Shown here one piece after another: positions 18,644-28,171 of a stretch of DNA of 64,000 nucleotides. The DNA comes from a virus (Duplodnaviria > Caudoviricetes), in the IMG/VR virus record IMGVR_UViG_3300005611_000007, positions 62,921 to 126,920 of that record; one strand, given 5' to 3'. A program made the translations under genes and the position numbers. The notes beneath the pieces are model-generated. The model was not told where the DNA came from. It worked only from the letters and a program-made list of their open reading frames with translations, and made no database searches. Positions within the stretch are counted from its first letter, which is position 1. Every line of letters starts with the position of its first letter.

Positions 18644-19072
18644 TTAAGCAACAAGTTCATAACCTTTGTCCCACTGTCCAACGTTGATATCAATGTAATA
18701 AGCAATGTCAAACCAGTCAGTCATTGAGTCACTGTTGTTATACCAACCTTTACCTTTCATCGCAGCAACTAGTTCATCGTAGAAGTCAGCAATCTTGTCT
18801 TCACCGACTTGACGTGCCCATTCTGCGGCATAGTGTTCGTTCACTTGAAGATAGTTACCAACATCACCACCATAGTTGAACCCACGTTTTTCGTTTTCCA
18901 AATCAACGTGTTTCTGAGCAGCACCCAAAAAGTCTAGAACACCACTTTTGATGTTCACAACAAGACTGTTGTGATGACGAACCGCAATAGTTCCCTTCAC
19001 ACCGTATTTCTTTAAGACCACCTTGATAACAGGGGCCAGTTCTTTTTTCTTTTCTTGACTTACAAACGCCAT
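18644..19072 (-). CDS. early hypothetical protein
   Basis: AAGGAG RBS; promoter TTGACA-17-TATAAT at 19104-19132. Confidence 0.7.
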   Translation of the reverse strand: MAFVSQEKKKELAPVIKVVLKKYGVKGTIAVRHHNSLVVNIKSGVLDFLGAAQKHVDLENEKRGFNYGGDVGNYLQVNEHYAAEWARQVGEDKIADFYDELVAAMKGKGWYNNSDSMTDWFDIAYYIDINVGQWDKGYELVA

Positions 19073-19140
19073 GTTTTCTCTCCTTTTCTCAACTTACATA
19101 TACATTATATGTTATCAGAACATTTTTGTCAAGAGAAAAA

Positions 19141-19485
19141 TTACGACGCCCCCGTCCAAGAAATCCTATCAAACTTTCCTTCGAAGATATTTCCACGAGC
19201 AAAATTCTTAGCCGGTGCACTATAACTAGCCGCCTTGAGAATGTCTCCAAATTTGAATTTTGGATCATCGTAAGAGTTTACGATGAAACTGTGGACACTT
19301 CCCTTCTCGACAACCTTTACATACTTCTTACCCATCTTGAAGTCTAGGCCGCGGATGAAATCTTCAAGCATCTTAGCCTGTATTTCGGTCCTACCGTTTC
19401 GACCAACATTCTGCCAGATTTCGTAATCATCTACGATGTGGTCGAGATACCCACGGAGAGCAGTCTTGATCTCGTTCTTAGTCAT
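19141..19485 (-). CDS. early hypothetical protein
   Basis: GDILKAASYSAPAKNFARGNI motif common in phages; start re-called. Confidence 0.7.
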   Translation of the reverse strand: MTKNEIKTALRGYLDHIVDDYEIWQNVGRNGRTEIQAKMLEDFIRGLDFKMGKKYVKVVEKGSVHSFIVNSYDDPKFKFGDILKAASYSAPAKNFARGNIFEGKFDRISWTGAS

Positions 19486-19491
19486 GTCATT

Positions 19492-19544
19492 CACTCCTTC
19501 GTTCATCATGTTTATATCATAACAAAGTTTGATATTTTTGTCAA
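19492..19544 (-). promoter_or_regulatory. repeated early promoter-leader-RBS cassette
   Basis: TTGACAAAAATATCAAACTTTGTTATGATATAAACATGATGAACGAAGGAGTG; related copies near 18610, 20125 and 34187. Confidence 0.8.
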
Positions 19545-19569
19545 GGGAAAAATGTACGGTTTTCAAAAA

Positions 19570-19607
19570 AAATGCCCAGCTAGAGCGATGAAACTAGCTG
19601 GGCATTT
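19570..19607 (-). terminator. intrinsic terminator
   Basis: aaatgcccagctag / ctagctgggcattt stem with U-tract on minus strand. Confidence 0.75.
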
Positions 19608-19803
19608 CCGAGACTATCGATAGTGTTTACGATGCCCCTCGTTTCTTATCCTCATATACCATACGGTCATAGATTTCCTTGACCTTAATACGAGGAGACA
19701 TAGAACGAATCGATGCCCGTTCTACGATATCGAAGTCATCTCCACCACGAAGAAGTGACTCCCTTAGTGCTTTGAGAATATCTTCGTACATTCTCGATCT
19801 CCT

Positions 19804-20115
19804 TTAGATATATATATCACTCTTTTCCAATCGTTTCGCAACGGTCAGAAACTCACCATCATGTCCACCATCGTATCCATTCTGGATCTGCCAGACATGA
19901 GTCATTTCATGAGCAAGGAGACAAATGAACTGATGCTCATCGTCGTATTCCTTACACATGCCAATGACAATCTCACCATCCACTTCATCTACGCCACAGA
20001 AATCGTCGTCTGATTCATCAATCCAGAACTCGTCTACGTGCAATTCACCATCAAAATGCATGGCATTCAACATGGCAAAATGTGCTTGGACGGTGGTCTG
20101 ATCGATACGAAACAT
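19804..20115 (-). CDS. SprT-like zinc metalloprotease
   Basis: LAHEMTHVWQ...GGHDGEF. Confidence 0.7.
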   Translation of the reverse strand: MFRIDQTTVQAHFAMLNAMHFDGELHVDEFWIDESDDDFCGVDEVDGEIVIGMCKEYDDEHQFICLLAHEMTHVWQIQNGYDGGHDGEFLTVAKRLEKSDIYI

Positions 20116-20160
20116 CTGACTGACTCCCTCGTTCATCATGTTTATATAATACCAAAGATT

Positions 20161-20388
20161 TTATTTTTTGTCAACAAAAAAATTCACGGTTTTGAAAAAT
20201 TCTGGTGTCATAGTTTCGAATCCACCACCTCGTTTCAAATTTCGAAACACCCTCTTTAATTTGTTCTCATCAGTTCCATAAGCAATAATTTTGTCTTCAC
20301 CCAAGATCCCATCGAATTCACGAATTCCATATTGTGGTTCTTTATCGTCTTCTACAGGATAACCCTCAAAAATATACATCTCTCTCAC
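20161..20388 (-). CDS. hypothetical protein
   Basis: GTGA overlap with gene 41; LKRGGGF...TPEFF. Confidence 0.55.
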   Translation of the reverse strand: MREMYIFEGYPVEDDKEPQYGIREFDGILGEDKIIAYGTDENKLKRVFRNLKRGGGFETMTPEFFKTVNFFVDKK

Positions 20389-21761
20389 CTCAATGTTGCG
20401 AATTTTTTCTTAAAATCGTTTTCGTATCTATCACCAAAGTCAGTATTATCCATTATAGGTCGATCATCAACCATTTCCTCCTGTGCTGATTGTTCTACAT
20501 CATATAATCTCATCTTACCTCTGTCAACCCCCACGACGAATCTTTTTTTATCGGTTGGGTCGTTAAAACGATTCTTCAACTGTTTGACCATAATCTGATT
20601 GAGATTTTCTAACTCTTCACTAGTGACCAAAGCAAACATCAAATCTACAGTAGCAGGTAGACCAAAAGACTCAGATGTATCTTCAAGCCCAGGATCAGAG
20701 TTTGTGTAACCAGACCGTGTAGTTTGAGTCGCTGTGACGATTGGAATATTTTTCTCAACAGCTAATCCTCTCATCTCTTCAGCGATTGCTTTAATGTAAG
20801 TGTAACTGTTGACATTAGCACCATACCTCAATCGCATAGAAGCACAGATATTGAGATAATCAACATACACGATATCTGGAACAAAGTTTCTTTTCAAACG
20901 AAGTTCATTCAGTAGATGTCTAAAATGCCCGACACCAGCAGTGGCAGTAGGATATTCTTTGATAATCAATCTACCTTCTGTCTTATCTCTAACTCTATCA
21001 ACCTTCTTCATATATGCTGCTTTAGGTAGTTCTTCTAGTTCTTTCAATGGAACATCTAGGAGGTTAGCATCGATGCGTTCAGCAATCCGTTCTTCTGCCA
21101 TCTCCATTGTGATATAGAGAACCTTACGATTATCCATTAAATTAGCAGCCGCAAAGTGACACATAGCAAGAGATTTTCCGACACCAGTGCCAGCCAGAAT
21201 ACAAGTTAAAGTTTTCTGTGGAAGCCCACCTTTAGTGATGCTATTAAGATAGTCTAGATCAAACGCAATACGATTTTCTATTTTATGATAGAAGTCATAA
21301 CGATCAGAGAAGTCTTCTAACCAATCATGACCAATGTGATTATCAAAACTAATAGAGAGTGCTTCAGAAAGAATCTCTGGAATCGCACCCTTTGTCTCCT
21401 TCTCTTTACCATCCATAATGTGAATGGATTTCATGATAGCATTATGAATAGCACGTTCCTGACAGAACTCTTCTGTCCTGTCAGTCAACCACTGTTCATC
21501 AATCTCACGATCTGTGAGTTGAGAAAGATATTTGATGCATGGCTCAAAGTCATTTTCATCTACATCGTCATTGTCAAGAGTGATACCAAGAATCTCTACA
21601 GTCGGTAGAGTGTTATATTCTTCAACGTGTTTCTTGATATATCGATACAGAGTTTTTTCTGTGAAATCGTTGAAATACTCATCTTTAAGAAATGGAAGAA
21701 CTTTCCTCGAATAATTCTCGTTGTGAATGAGATGACTCAGTATCTGTGTTTCCAGCCTCAT
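20385..21761 (-). CDS. 41: replicative helicase gp41
   Basis: LAGTGVGKS, TMEMAEERIAERIDAN, DYLNIC, SESFGLPAT. Confidence 0.95.
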   Translation of the reverse strand: MRLETQILSHLIHNENYSRKVLPFLKDEYFNDFTEKTLYRYIKKHVEEYNTLPTVEILGITLDNDDVDENDFEPCIKYLSQLTDREIDEQWLTDRTEEFCQERAIHNAIMKSIHIMDGKEKETKGAIPEILSEALSISFDNHIGHDWLEDFSDRYDFYHKIENRIAFDLDYLNSITKGGLPQKTLTCILAGTGVGKSLAMCHFAAANLMDNRKVLYITMEMAEERIAERIDANLLDVPLKELEELPKAAYMKKVDRVRDKTEGRLIIKEYPTATAGVGHFRHLLNELRLKRNFVPDIVYVDYLNICASMRLRYGANVNSYTYIKAIAEEMRGLAVEKNIPIVTATQTTRSGYTNSDPGLEDTSESFGLPATVDLMFALVTSEELENLNQIMVKQLKNRFNDPTDKKRFVVGVDRGKMRLYDVEQSAQEEMVDDRPIMDNTDFGDRYENDFKKKFATLR

Positions 21762-22128
21762 TTTCTTCCTTTTCATTCAAAGCAGTGATGATAATATGTA
21801 CTAGAATTCCACCAATATGATCATTGAAATGAATATTATTTTCAGTCAATTCGTGTGGATTTTTTACGAAATCAAAATCAAATTTCAAAGTTGCTTCGTC
21901 TTTTTCATCGATTTCTTTTACAGATATTGTATTGTATCTAATGATTGTACCATTATAACGTTCGTCAGTCAACCTAATAGGTACAGTTGATTTACCATCA
22001 TCTAGTTTATCTACTATTTCATAAGTATCGTCATACTGTGAAAATTTTTCAAGATCAATCTTCGGCACTATCCGTCTCACTCTGATCTGTTTCTCCATAA
22101 CCGCCAACGAGCTCTCTTTCTTCTCCAT
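21685..22128 (-). CDS. gp40-like head vertex assembly protein (start uncertain)
   Basis: Synteny between uvsX and 41. Confidence 0.5.
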   Translation of the reverse strand: MEKKESSLAVMEKQIRVRRIVPKIDLEKFSQYDDTYEIVDKLDDGKSTVPIRLTDERYNGTIIRYNTISVKEIDEKDEATLKFDFDFVKNPHELTENNIHFNDHIGGILVHIIITALNEKEENEAGNTDTESSHSQRELFEESSSIS

Positions 22129-23131
22129 ATTTGAATTCCTTTGCAGCAGCCTGTTCTAGTCTTTCCATGACATCTTCTGTAAAAAACTTTTCCGGTTCTG
22201 CGTTGATTGCTTTAGCAAAATGTTTAGATCCATCAGGAAACTCATAACGAGTTGATACCTTCTTGATAACATCGTACTTCTCGGCAAGGTCAAGAAGACC
22301 ATAATAACGATCCAAACCAGTCGTATAGTTTAGACGTACTTCAATCGTCTTATTTGGCTTGGTAAAACGTGACTTTTGTGTGCTAACTTTGATTAGATTA
22401 CCCTCATCCTTTTCAGTATCTTTATCTCTTTTCTTTGAAAGAAAAAGAATTGTAGAAGCGGTATACTTTAGACCAGAACCGCCAGACATTACTTTCGTTG
22501 GTATATAAGAACCAACTGCATCATATGTATGGTTTGTAATAACCATCGGAACCTGCGCTTTAGATAAACGTAGACCTAGAGTACGAAACGCAGCCTTAAT
22601 TACTTGCGCCTTGGTCATATCCCGAGTTTCTTTACCCTCGGTACTATCTTCCATTTCTTTTGTTGTAGATAATTGACCGAGAGAATCAAGAACCATCATC
22701 ATTGGTGGTCTATTATTTTTGTGTTCTGTGTATCTTTCTAAAACTTGTAACGCATTATGTCGAAACTGCTGAATTGTTTGTGGTTCAGATACAACAATAC
22801 GATGAATGTCAATACCACGAGTAGACATCATTTCCTGTGTTACTGCTGCTTCAGTATCATAATAGATAACGCCACCATGATCGTTTTGTTGTAAAAAGTT
22901 ATTGACCATTCCTAATGCAAAGAAAGTCTTTCCCGTTGCTTCTTCACCAGCGAGAGCAGTGATTTTGTTATTTGACACACCGCCGTAAAGACTGCCACTG
23001 ATAAGAGCATTAAGAATGAAACACCCAGTATCAACCCACCCAGAAAACTCAGAAGAATTACCACCATCGGATAAAAGATGTGTGTTTTCATCGTTGAGTT
23101 CCTTTACCATATCTTTAAAAAAATTAGACAT
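22055..23131 (-). CDS. uvsX: RecA-like recombinase UvsX
   Basis: AGEEATGKT, YDTE, LDSLG, SGGSGLKY. Confidence 0.95.
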   Translation of the reverse strand: MSNFFKDMVKELNDENTHLLSDGGNSSEFSGWVDTGCFILNALISGSLYGGVSNNKITALAGEEATGKTFFALGMVNNFLQQNDHGGVIYYDTEAAVTQEMMSTRGIDIHRIVVSEPQTIQQFRHNALQVLERYTEHKNNRPPMMMVLDSLGQLSTTKEMEDSTEGKETRDMTKAQVIKAAFRTLGLRLSKAQVPMVITNHTYDAVGSYIPTKVMSGGSGLKYTASTILFLSKKRDKDTEKDEGNLIKVSTQKSRFTKPNKTIEVRLNYTTGLDRYYGLLDLAEKYDVIKKVSTRYEFPDGSKHFAKAINAEPEKFFTEDVMERLEQAAAKEFKYGEERELVGGYGETDQSETDSAED

Positions 23132-23166
23132 TATTTCTCCTTTTCAATCAAAGTTTTATTAGCATT

Positions 23167-23195
23167 ATCATATAACATTTCTGCCAACTTGTCAA
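23167..23195 (-). promoter_or_regulatory. sigma70-like promoter for uvsX
   Basis: TTGACA-17-TATGAT. Confidence 0.75.
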
Positions 23196-23219
23196 CAACT
23201 TTTTTCATTTTACTGTTAT

Positions 23220-23250
23220 CTTTCTGCTCATAAATACGAGAGCAGAAGGA
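23220..23250 (+). promoter_or_regulatory. late-type promoter (CATAAATA) in the loop of an RBS-sequestering hairpin
   Basis: CTTTCTGCTC-ATAAATACGA-GAGCAGAAGG; SD AAGGA in the 3' arm. Confidence 0.6.
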
Positions 23251-23258
23251 TTAGCAGT

Positions 23259-24044
23259 ATGGTTCATTACCAGAGCATTTTTATATCAGACATCCATCTA
23301 GGCACAAGAGGATGTAAAGCAGACGAACTATGTGCCTTCCTTAAAACAAATACCTGTGAAAATCTATTTCTTGTGGGCGACATACTAGACGGTTGGCGTT
23401 TAAAGAAACGTTGGTACTTTCCGCAAAGCCACGCAAACGTAATACGCAGAATCCTTACAGCAGCCAAGCGCGGCACTAAAGTCTATTATATACTTGGCAA
23501 CCACGACGAAGCACTTCGTCCATACGTTTCTTACAATATAGACATTGGTCGCATTAAAGTCTTAAATCGTTATACATACAATGCTGTTAATGGTAAGCGT
23601 TATCTTGTTATCCACGGTGACTTCTTTGACAAGATAATGACAGACAACAAATGGCTAATGTTTGTTGGCGATAACATCTATGATTTCCTCATCTGGACGA
23701 ACACTAAACTAAACATAATTCGTGGCTGGTTAGGGATGGACTACTGGAGTCTATCCAAGTTCCTAAAAGCAAAGACAAAACAGGCACTAAACTTCATACA
23801 TAAGTTTGAAGAACACGTAGCAAAATACTGTGAAGAAAAAGGTTATGACGGTATTGTCTGCGGACACATACACACAGCGGCAATGAAGAATGTAAACGGC
23901 ATTGAATATATGAATGATGGAGATTGGGTAGAAAGTCTAACTGCACTTGTAGAACACGAAGACGGTCGCTGGGAGATTATCTATTGGGAGGGCAAAGATG
24001 GAATAGATCTTATTGATAACAGCGATGCACGTGAACAATCCTGA
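23259..24044 (+). CDS. plcP: PlcP-like phospholipase C (LpxH-like metallophosphoesterase)
   Basis: FISDIHLGTRGC, LVGDILDGWRL, GNHDE, HGD, CGHIH, NDGDWVES; followed by GT4 gene. Confidence 0.75.
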   Translation: MVHYQSIFISDIHLGTRGCKADELCAFLKTNTCENLFLVGDILDGWRLKKRWYFPQSHANVIRRILTAAKRGTKVYYILGNHDEALRPYVSYNIDIGRIKVLNRYTYNAVNGKRYLVIHGDFFDKIMTDNKWLMFVGDNIYDFLIWTNTKLNIIRGWLGMDYWSLSKFLKAKTKQALNFIHKFEEHVAKYCEEKGYDGIVCGHIHTAAMKNVNGIEYMNDGDWVESLTALVEHEDGRWEIIYWEGKDGIDLIDNSDAREQS

Positions 24045-24097
24045 CGATGTTCCTGTACGTATTGGATAAAGTTCAAACAGTTTAAGTTGGAGACAAA

Positions 24098-25099
24098 ATG
24101 TCAAAAAAAATCCTCATTATAACAGATAACATACCGGAGCAGATAAATGGAGTTGTCACTACCTACAAAAACATTGAACCGTATGCGTTACGCGATGGTT
24201 ATACTATTGATTATATCCATCCCGGCCGGTACCGCTACATTGATCTCCCTTTCTATAACGAAGTCAAAGTTGCCATTCCGAGAGATATGGGACAAGAGAT
24301 TCAGAAGATACGTCCAGATTATATCCACATCGCCACGGAAGGTCCTATCGGTGTGTTTGCTAGAAGGCATCTTGCAGTATCTGGTCTTAGGTACAATACT
24401 GCTTACCATACTAAATTTCCTGAAGCTCTAAAGAAAATGCTACACATACCAGAGTTTATTACTTGGCCATTAATACGCTGGTTCCACGCAAAGTCAAACA
24501 AGGTATTAACAACTACGCCAAGCATGGTAAAACAACTACGAAGCAAAGGATTTGGCGATAATGTTGTACCTTGGACACGAGGCGTTGATAGAGATCAGTT
24601 CTTCCCCCTACAATATCGTTCAGAGCGTAAGGTGCCTGTGCTGTTATGTGTAAGCCGTGTAAGCGAAGAAAAGAACCTAGAAGAGTTTTATGAGATGGAC
24701 TTTGGAGAGTGTGTAAAGGTACAGGTAGGTGATGGTACTATGCTTGAAACACACAAGAAAAAATATCCTGATGTTCAGTTCGTAGGAGCCAAGCGAGGAG
24801 CAGGACTTGTCCGCCATTATCAAGAAGCAGATGTATTTGTATTCCCAAGTCGCTGGGATACATTTGGTATTGTAATGATTGAAGCAATGGCGTGTGGTAC
24901 ACCTGTTGCGGCATATCCTACACAAGGACCTGTTGATGTTATTGAACAAGGTGTTACTGGATACATGGATGAAGATTTAGTAACAGCAACAAAACAAGCA
25001 CTTACACTGGATCGCAACGCAGTTTATAATAACAGCACAAACTGGAGTTGGGAAGAAGCCTGGCATATTTTTAGAGATAACTTGGTTAAGATAGTATAA
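24098..25099 (+). CDS. agt: GT4 glycosyltransferase, Agt-like diacylglycerol glucosyl/glucuronosyltransferase
   Basis: QINGVV, IHIATEGPIG, YHTKFPE, SRVSEEKN, FPSRWDTFGIVMIEAMACGTPVAA. Confidence 0.7.
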   Translation: MSKKILIITDNIPEQINGVVTTYKNIEPYALRDGYTIDYIHPGRYRYIDLPFYNEVKVAIPRDMGQEIQKIRPDYIHIATEGPIGVFARRHLAVSGLRYNTAYHTKFPEALKKMLHIPEFITWPLIRWFHAKSNKVLTTTPSMVKQLRSKGFGDNVVPWTRGVDRDQFFPLQYRSERKVPVLLCVSRVSEEKNLEEFYEMDFGECVKVQVGDGTMLETHKKKYPDVQFVGAKRGAGLVRHYQEADVFVFPSRWDTFGIVMIEAMACGTPVAAYPTQGPVDVIEQGVTGYMDEDLVTATKQALTLDRNAVYNNSTNWSWEEAWHIFRDNLVKIV

Positions 25100-25161
25100 T
25101 GGTTAAAGAAAAGAAAGTATTAAACACAGCGTTGTTAGATGGCACGGTGATAGTTGTAAAT

Positions 25162-25617
25162 CTATTTCTCGTTAAAAAACTCTCCTGACAAGATCTTCTC
25201 AACTTTTTCCATTTGTTTTTCAATGATAGGACCACGACCAGGCCAATGGATATACTCCTGGTTTTGTGTCCTATACAAACTTGAAAGCAGCGGCATAACA
25301 ATCTTTGCCATCTCATTCACTTTCTGATTGGCAACACTGTCTGCTAGTTGCTTTCGTTCTTCTACGATGGTATCATTATCATATATCAAACTAAGTAATG
25401 TGTCAACTTTTTTTTCCATATTTCTTAAACTATCTAACTTTCTTTCAAGTCGTTGTTCAAGCGATGCCAAATCATCTTTAGCAGCAAGAGCGGGTTTATC
25501 TGCTCTGACCAAGTCTTCTTCTTCAATGACCTTCTTACGATATGTGTCCTCATCAACGGCTGTAAGACCAGAAGTCCATCCGGTCATATCCATATCGTCC
25601 CAAATATTCTTACTCAT
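25162..25617 (-). CDS. conserved T4-like hypothetical downstream of gene 43
   Basis: VMPLL...EYIHWPGR; start re-called. Confidence 0.6.
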   Translation of the reverse strand: MSKNIWDDMDMTGWTSGLTAVDEDTYRKKVIEEEDLVRADKPALAAKDDLASLEQRLERKLDSLRNMEKKVDTLLSLIYDNDTIVEERKQLADSVANQKVNEMAKIVMPLLSSLYRTQNQEYIHWPGRGPIIEKQMEKVEKILSGEFFNEK

Positions 25618-28099
25618 GAAAGAAGTCCTCCAAGTTGTTTTGTTTCTCAGCATTCCAACCCATAGCATCAAGAATAATTTTGACTGGATCTAGAAAAGTT
25701 TTCTCAAGCTGAGTATCATAGTCAATATATTGTGCCAACTCAAACTCTTTTGGCAGGACGGTTACAAATCCCATAACATTTTCCATAATGGGATTTGGCA
25801 TTTTCATATATAGAAACTTCATCTTGTTACCAGATTGGATCTGCTCATACTTACTAGTTAACTTATGTTTCTTCAATTGGTCATTGTATAATAGTGCAGC
25901 ACGAACATGTATTGGCGTACCGGATTTATATAGACTTGAGCTATCTTCAAACTTTCGAACATCTGATACACCACGAGGGAAGGCGATTTCTTCTGGTGTT
26001 AGATCCATCCACTTTTCTCGTAACTCTTCAATCCATTTCTGAACTTCATCTTCACTTTGAGTTACCACCTTCTTCAGTGTATCCATAATCAATTCTTTGA
26101 CTATCTGCGGAGTAGAAGAACGAACGGCTTCAATACCAGTCACTTTCAACTTTGGTTCAGCAAATCTCACACCTTCACTGTCCCAAACATGTGCAATGTA
26201 TCGTTTCTTCGCTGTCCAGATGGCTTTATCGGCGATGATTTCACGTTTCATCACCATCTTCTGTTGTGGTGCTTTCATATAGTCAGCAAGTTGTTGATAC
26301 CCTTTATCTAGATGTTTCTCAATTTCTCCTGATGCTTTGTTTAGAAAGTCTACGATCTTTGTCTTGTTTGTCTCATTTGGTAGTATCTTCTGTACCAATG
26401 GACTCATGTTGAGATACACAGAATCGGTATCAATCGCAATAACATAGTCTTCGTTAGTCTTCAGTATATTGTTTAGATATTCATTAAGAATCTTCTCAGC
26501 CCATCTAATAGTAAACTGACCTGATACAGTTATTGCCTCTGCAACACGTTGATCAAAATATCTGAAATATTTATTTGCTAACGCTCCATAGAAAGAGTTC
26601 ATTGCAATCTTGATAGCCATCTGGTTGTTGTCGAGAATGGATATCTCTCGTTCAATACTTTTAGATTTTTCCTTCTCATATCTCTGTTTTGCGTCTATCA
26701 TATTTTGTTTGATAACAACTCTTTCATTGTAATATGATTGAATAACCTGTGGGATGATACCTTCTATGTCATTACGAAACAACTGACCTGTAGCAGTAAG
26801 ACACATTCCATTTGGTATATCTAAATCAGGCATCTCTAGTAGTTTATCAACGTTTACTCCAGATACAATATCATTTACTACAGTCTCTGGACTCATATTG
26901 TATTGCATAATGAGATGTGGATAAAGTGAATTCAAATCAAAAGAAACTACCCAATTATGAAGACCTACCTGCGGATTTTTAACGTAACCACCTTCAATTG
27001 TATCATACCGTGAATCGGTCTTAGGTGGAACTACAATTTTTCTAGATTTGAACTCGTTATACAGTATAGCATCCCATATACCAACAGTACCAAGAGTTTC
27101 TCCTAAAGAACATTTAGCGCGATAAGCCATGGTAAGTACTAAGTCAATCAGTCCTAACTTATCTTCAATCTTATCAACCAACTCAACGTCTTTTACATTA
27201 TACTCTACGAACTTTTGATAGTCATGCTTATATAGCATATGCAAAGAACCATACTCACTATAGTCTAATTTCTTCTCACCTAAAACTACATTAGCGATAT
27301 GATCTAGTTTATAAGATTCTTGTTGTCCTAATGTATTAATTGTAAATTTTTTGAATAAATCAATATAGTCTAATTGCGTAACACCAACTATGTTGAAACC
27401 AACATGTTGAACTCCGGCGATATATACGTTGTTTTCACGAACAAGTTTCCATGGTGACAGAGACTTCACCATATCCTCACCAAAGATTCTTGCAATACGA
27501 TTGACAAGATAAGGCACATCAAAAAACTCTGAATACCATCCAGTAAGAATATCTGGAACATGATCAGCCCAATAATCAATGAAATCTAATAGCAGTTCTC
27601 TCTCGTTTTTGCATTTACGATAGAGAACAGACATTCCGCTTTTGTCTGGATTGAAGTCATATAATCCCCATGTGTGGTAGATAGTACCATTATTATTTTT
27701 GATAGTAATGGTAATGATCTCATGTTTAGCATCACGTGGTTCTGGAAATCCGTCTTCTGATGCTACCTCAATATCGATTGTACAGATATTGATACGAGTA
27801 CGATCATACTTGATTGTCTTAGGAAATGCGTCTGAAATGAATTGATGGACATAGTTGGTTGTTCCATACACCGTGAAGTTATCTACATCGGCATACTTGT
27901 CCATAAACTCTTTACAATCTCTCATAGATCCAGGTTGTACAGAATCTACAGTACGTCCATCGAGAGTATTCCATGTACCCTTTGGTGATGGAATGTAAAG
28001 TGTTGGTTCAAACTTGACCTTCTTAGTAATCTGTGTCTTGTTATTGTAACCACGAAACAGAATCTGATTACCGTATCGATCTACATTAGTGTAAAAAAT
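25610..28099 (-). CDS. 43: family B DNA polymerase gp43 (likely ATT start)
   Basis: DIEV exo I, SFDLNSLYP, KIAMNSFYG, AIDTDS, KKRY; C-terminal LEDFF. Confidence 0.97.
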   Translation of the reverse strand: MFYTNVDRYGNQILFRGYNNKTQITKKVKFEPTLYIPSPKGTWNTLDGRTVDSVQPGSMRDCKEFMDKYADVDNFTVYGTTNYVHQFISDAFPKTIKYDRTRINICTIDIEVASEDGFPEPRDAKHEIITITIKNNNGTIYHTWGLYDFNPDKSGMSVLYRKCKNERELLLDFIDYWADHVPDILTGWYSEFFDVPYLVNRIARIFGEDMVKSLSPWKLVRENNVYIAGVQHVGFNIVGVTQLDYIDLFKKFTINTLGQQESYKLDHIANVVLGEKKLDYSEYGSLHMLYKHDYQKFVEYNVKDVELVDKIEDKLGLIDLVLTMAYRAKCSLGETLGTVGIWDAILYNEFKSRKIVVPPKTDSRYDTIEGGYVKNPQVGLHNWVVSFDLNSLYPHLIMQYNMSPETVVNDIVSGVNVDKLLEMPDLDIPNGMCLTATGQLFRNDIEGIIPQVIQSYYNERVVIKQNMIDAKQRYEKEKSKSIEREISILDNNQMAIKIAMNSFYGALANKYFRYFDQRVAEAITVSGQFTIRWAEKILNEYLNNILKTNEDYVIAIDTDSVYLNMSPLVQKILPNETNKTKIVDFLNKASGEIEKHLDKGYQQLADYMKAPQQKMVMKREIIADKAIWTAKKRYIAHVWDSEGVRFAEPKLKVTGIEAVRSSTPQIVKELIMDTLKKVVTQSEDEVQKWIEELREKWMDLTPEEIAFPRGVSDVRKFEDSSSLYKSGTPIHVRAALLYNDQLKKHKLTSKYEQIQSGNKMKFLYMKMPNPIMENVMGFVTVLPKEFELAQYIDYDTQLEKTFLDPVKIILDAMGWNAEKQNNLEDFFHE

Positions 28100-28112
28100 G
28101 ATAAACCTCCTT

Positions 28113-28171
28113 AAAAAAATGGGAGAGCATTGATACTCTCCCATTATAGTCTATGGAGTTATAGATGTCAA
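28113..28171 (-). terminator. terminator hairpin overlapping a consensus promoter (TTGACA-17-TATAAT) for gene 43
   Basis: AATGGGAGAG/CTCTCCCATT stem plus U-tract; -35 at 28166-28171, -10 at 28143-28148. Confidence 0.7.

Noticed and set aside
17811-20175. Dispersed repeats as CRISPR or attC arrays
   Set aside because: The repeats are promoter/RBS units separated by whole genes; no cas or integrase gene in the window
28100-28144. ORF-track N-terminal extension MGEYQCSPIFLRRFI of gp43
   Set aside because: It runs through the terminator stem and the SD itself
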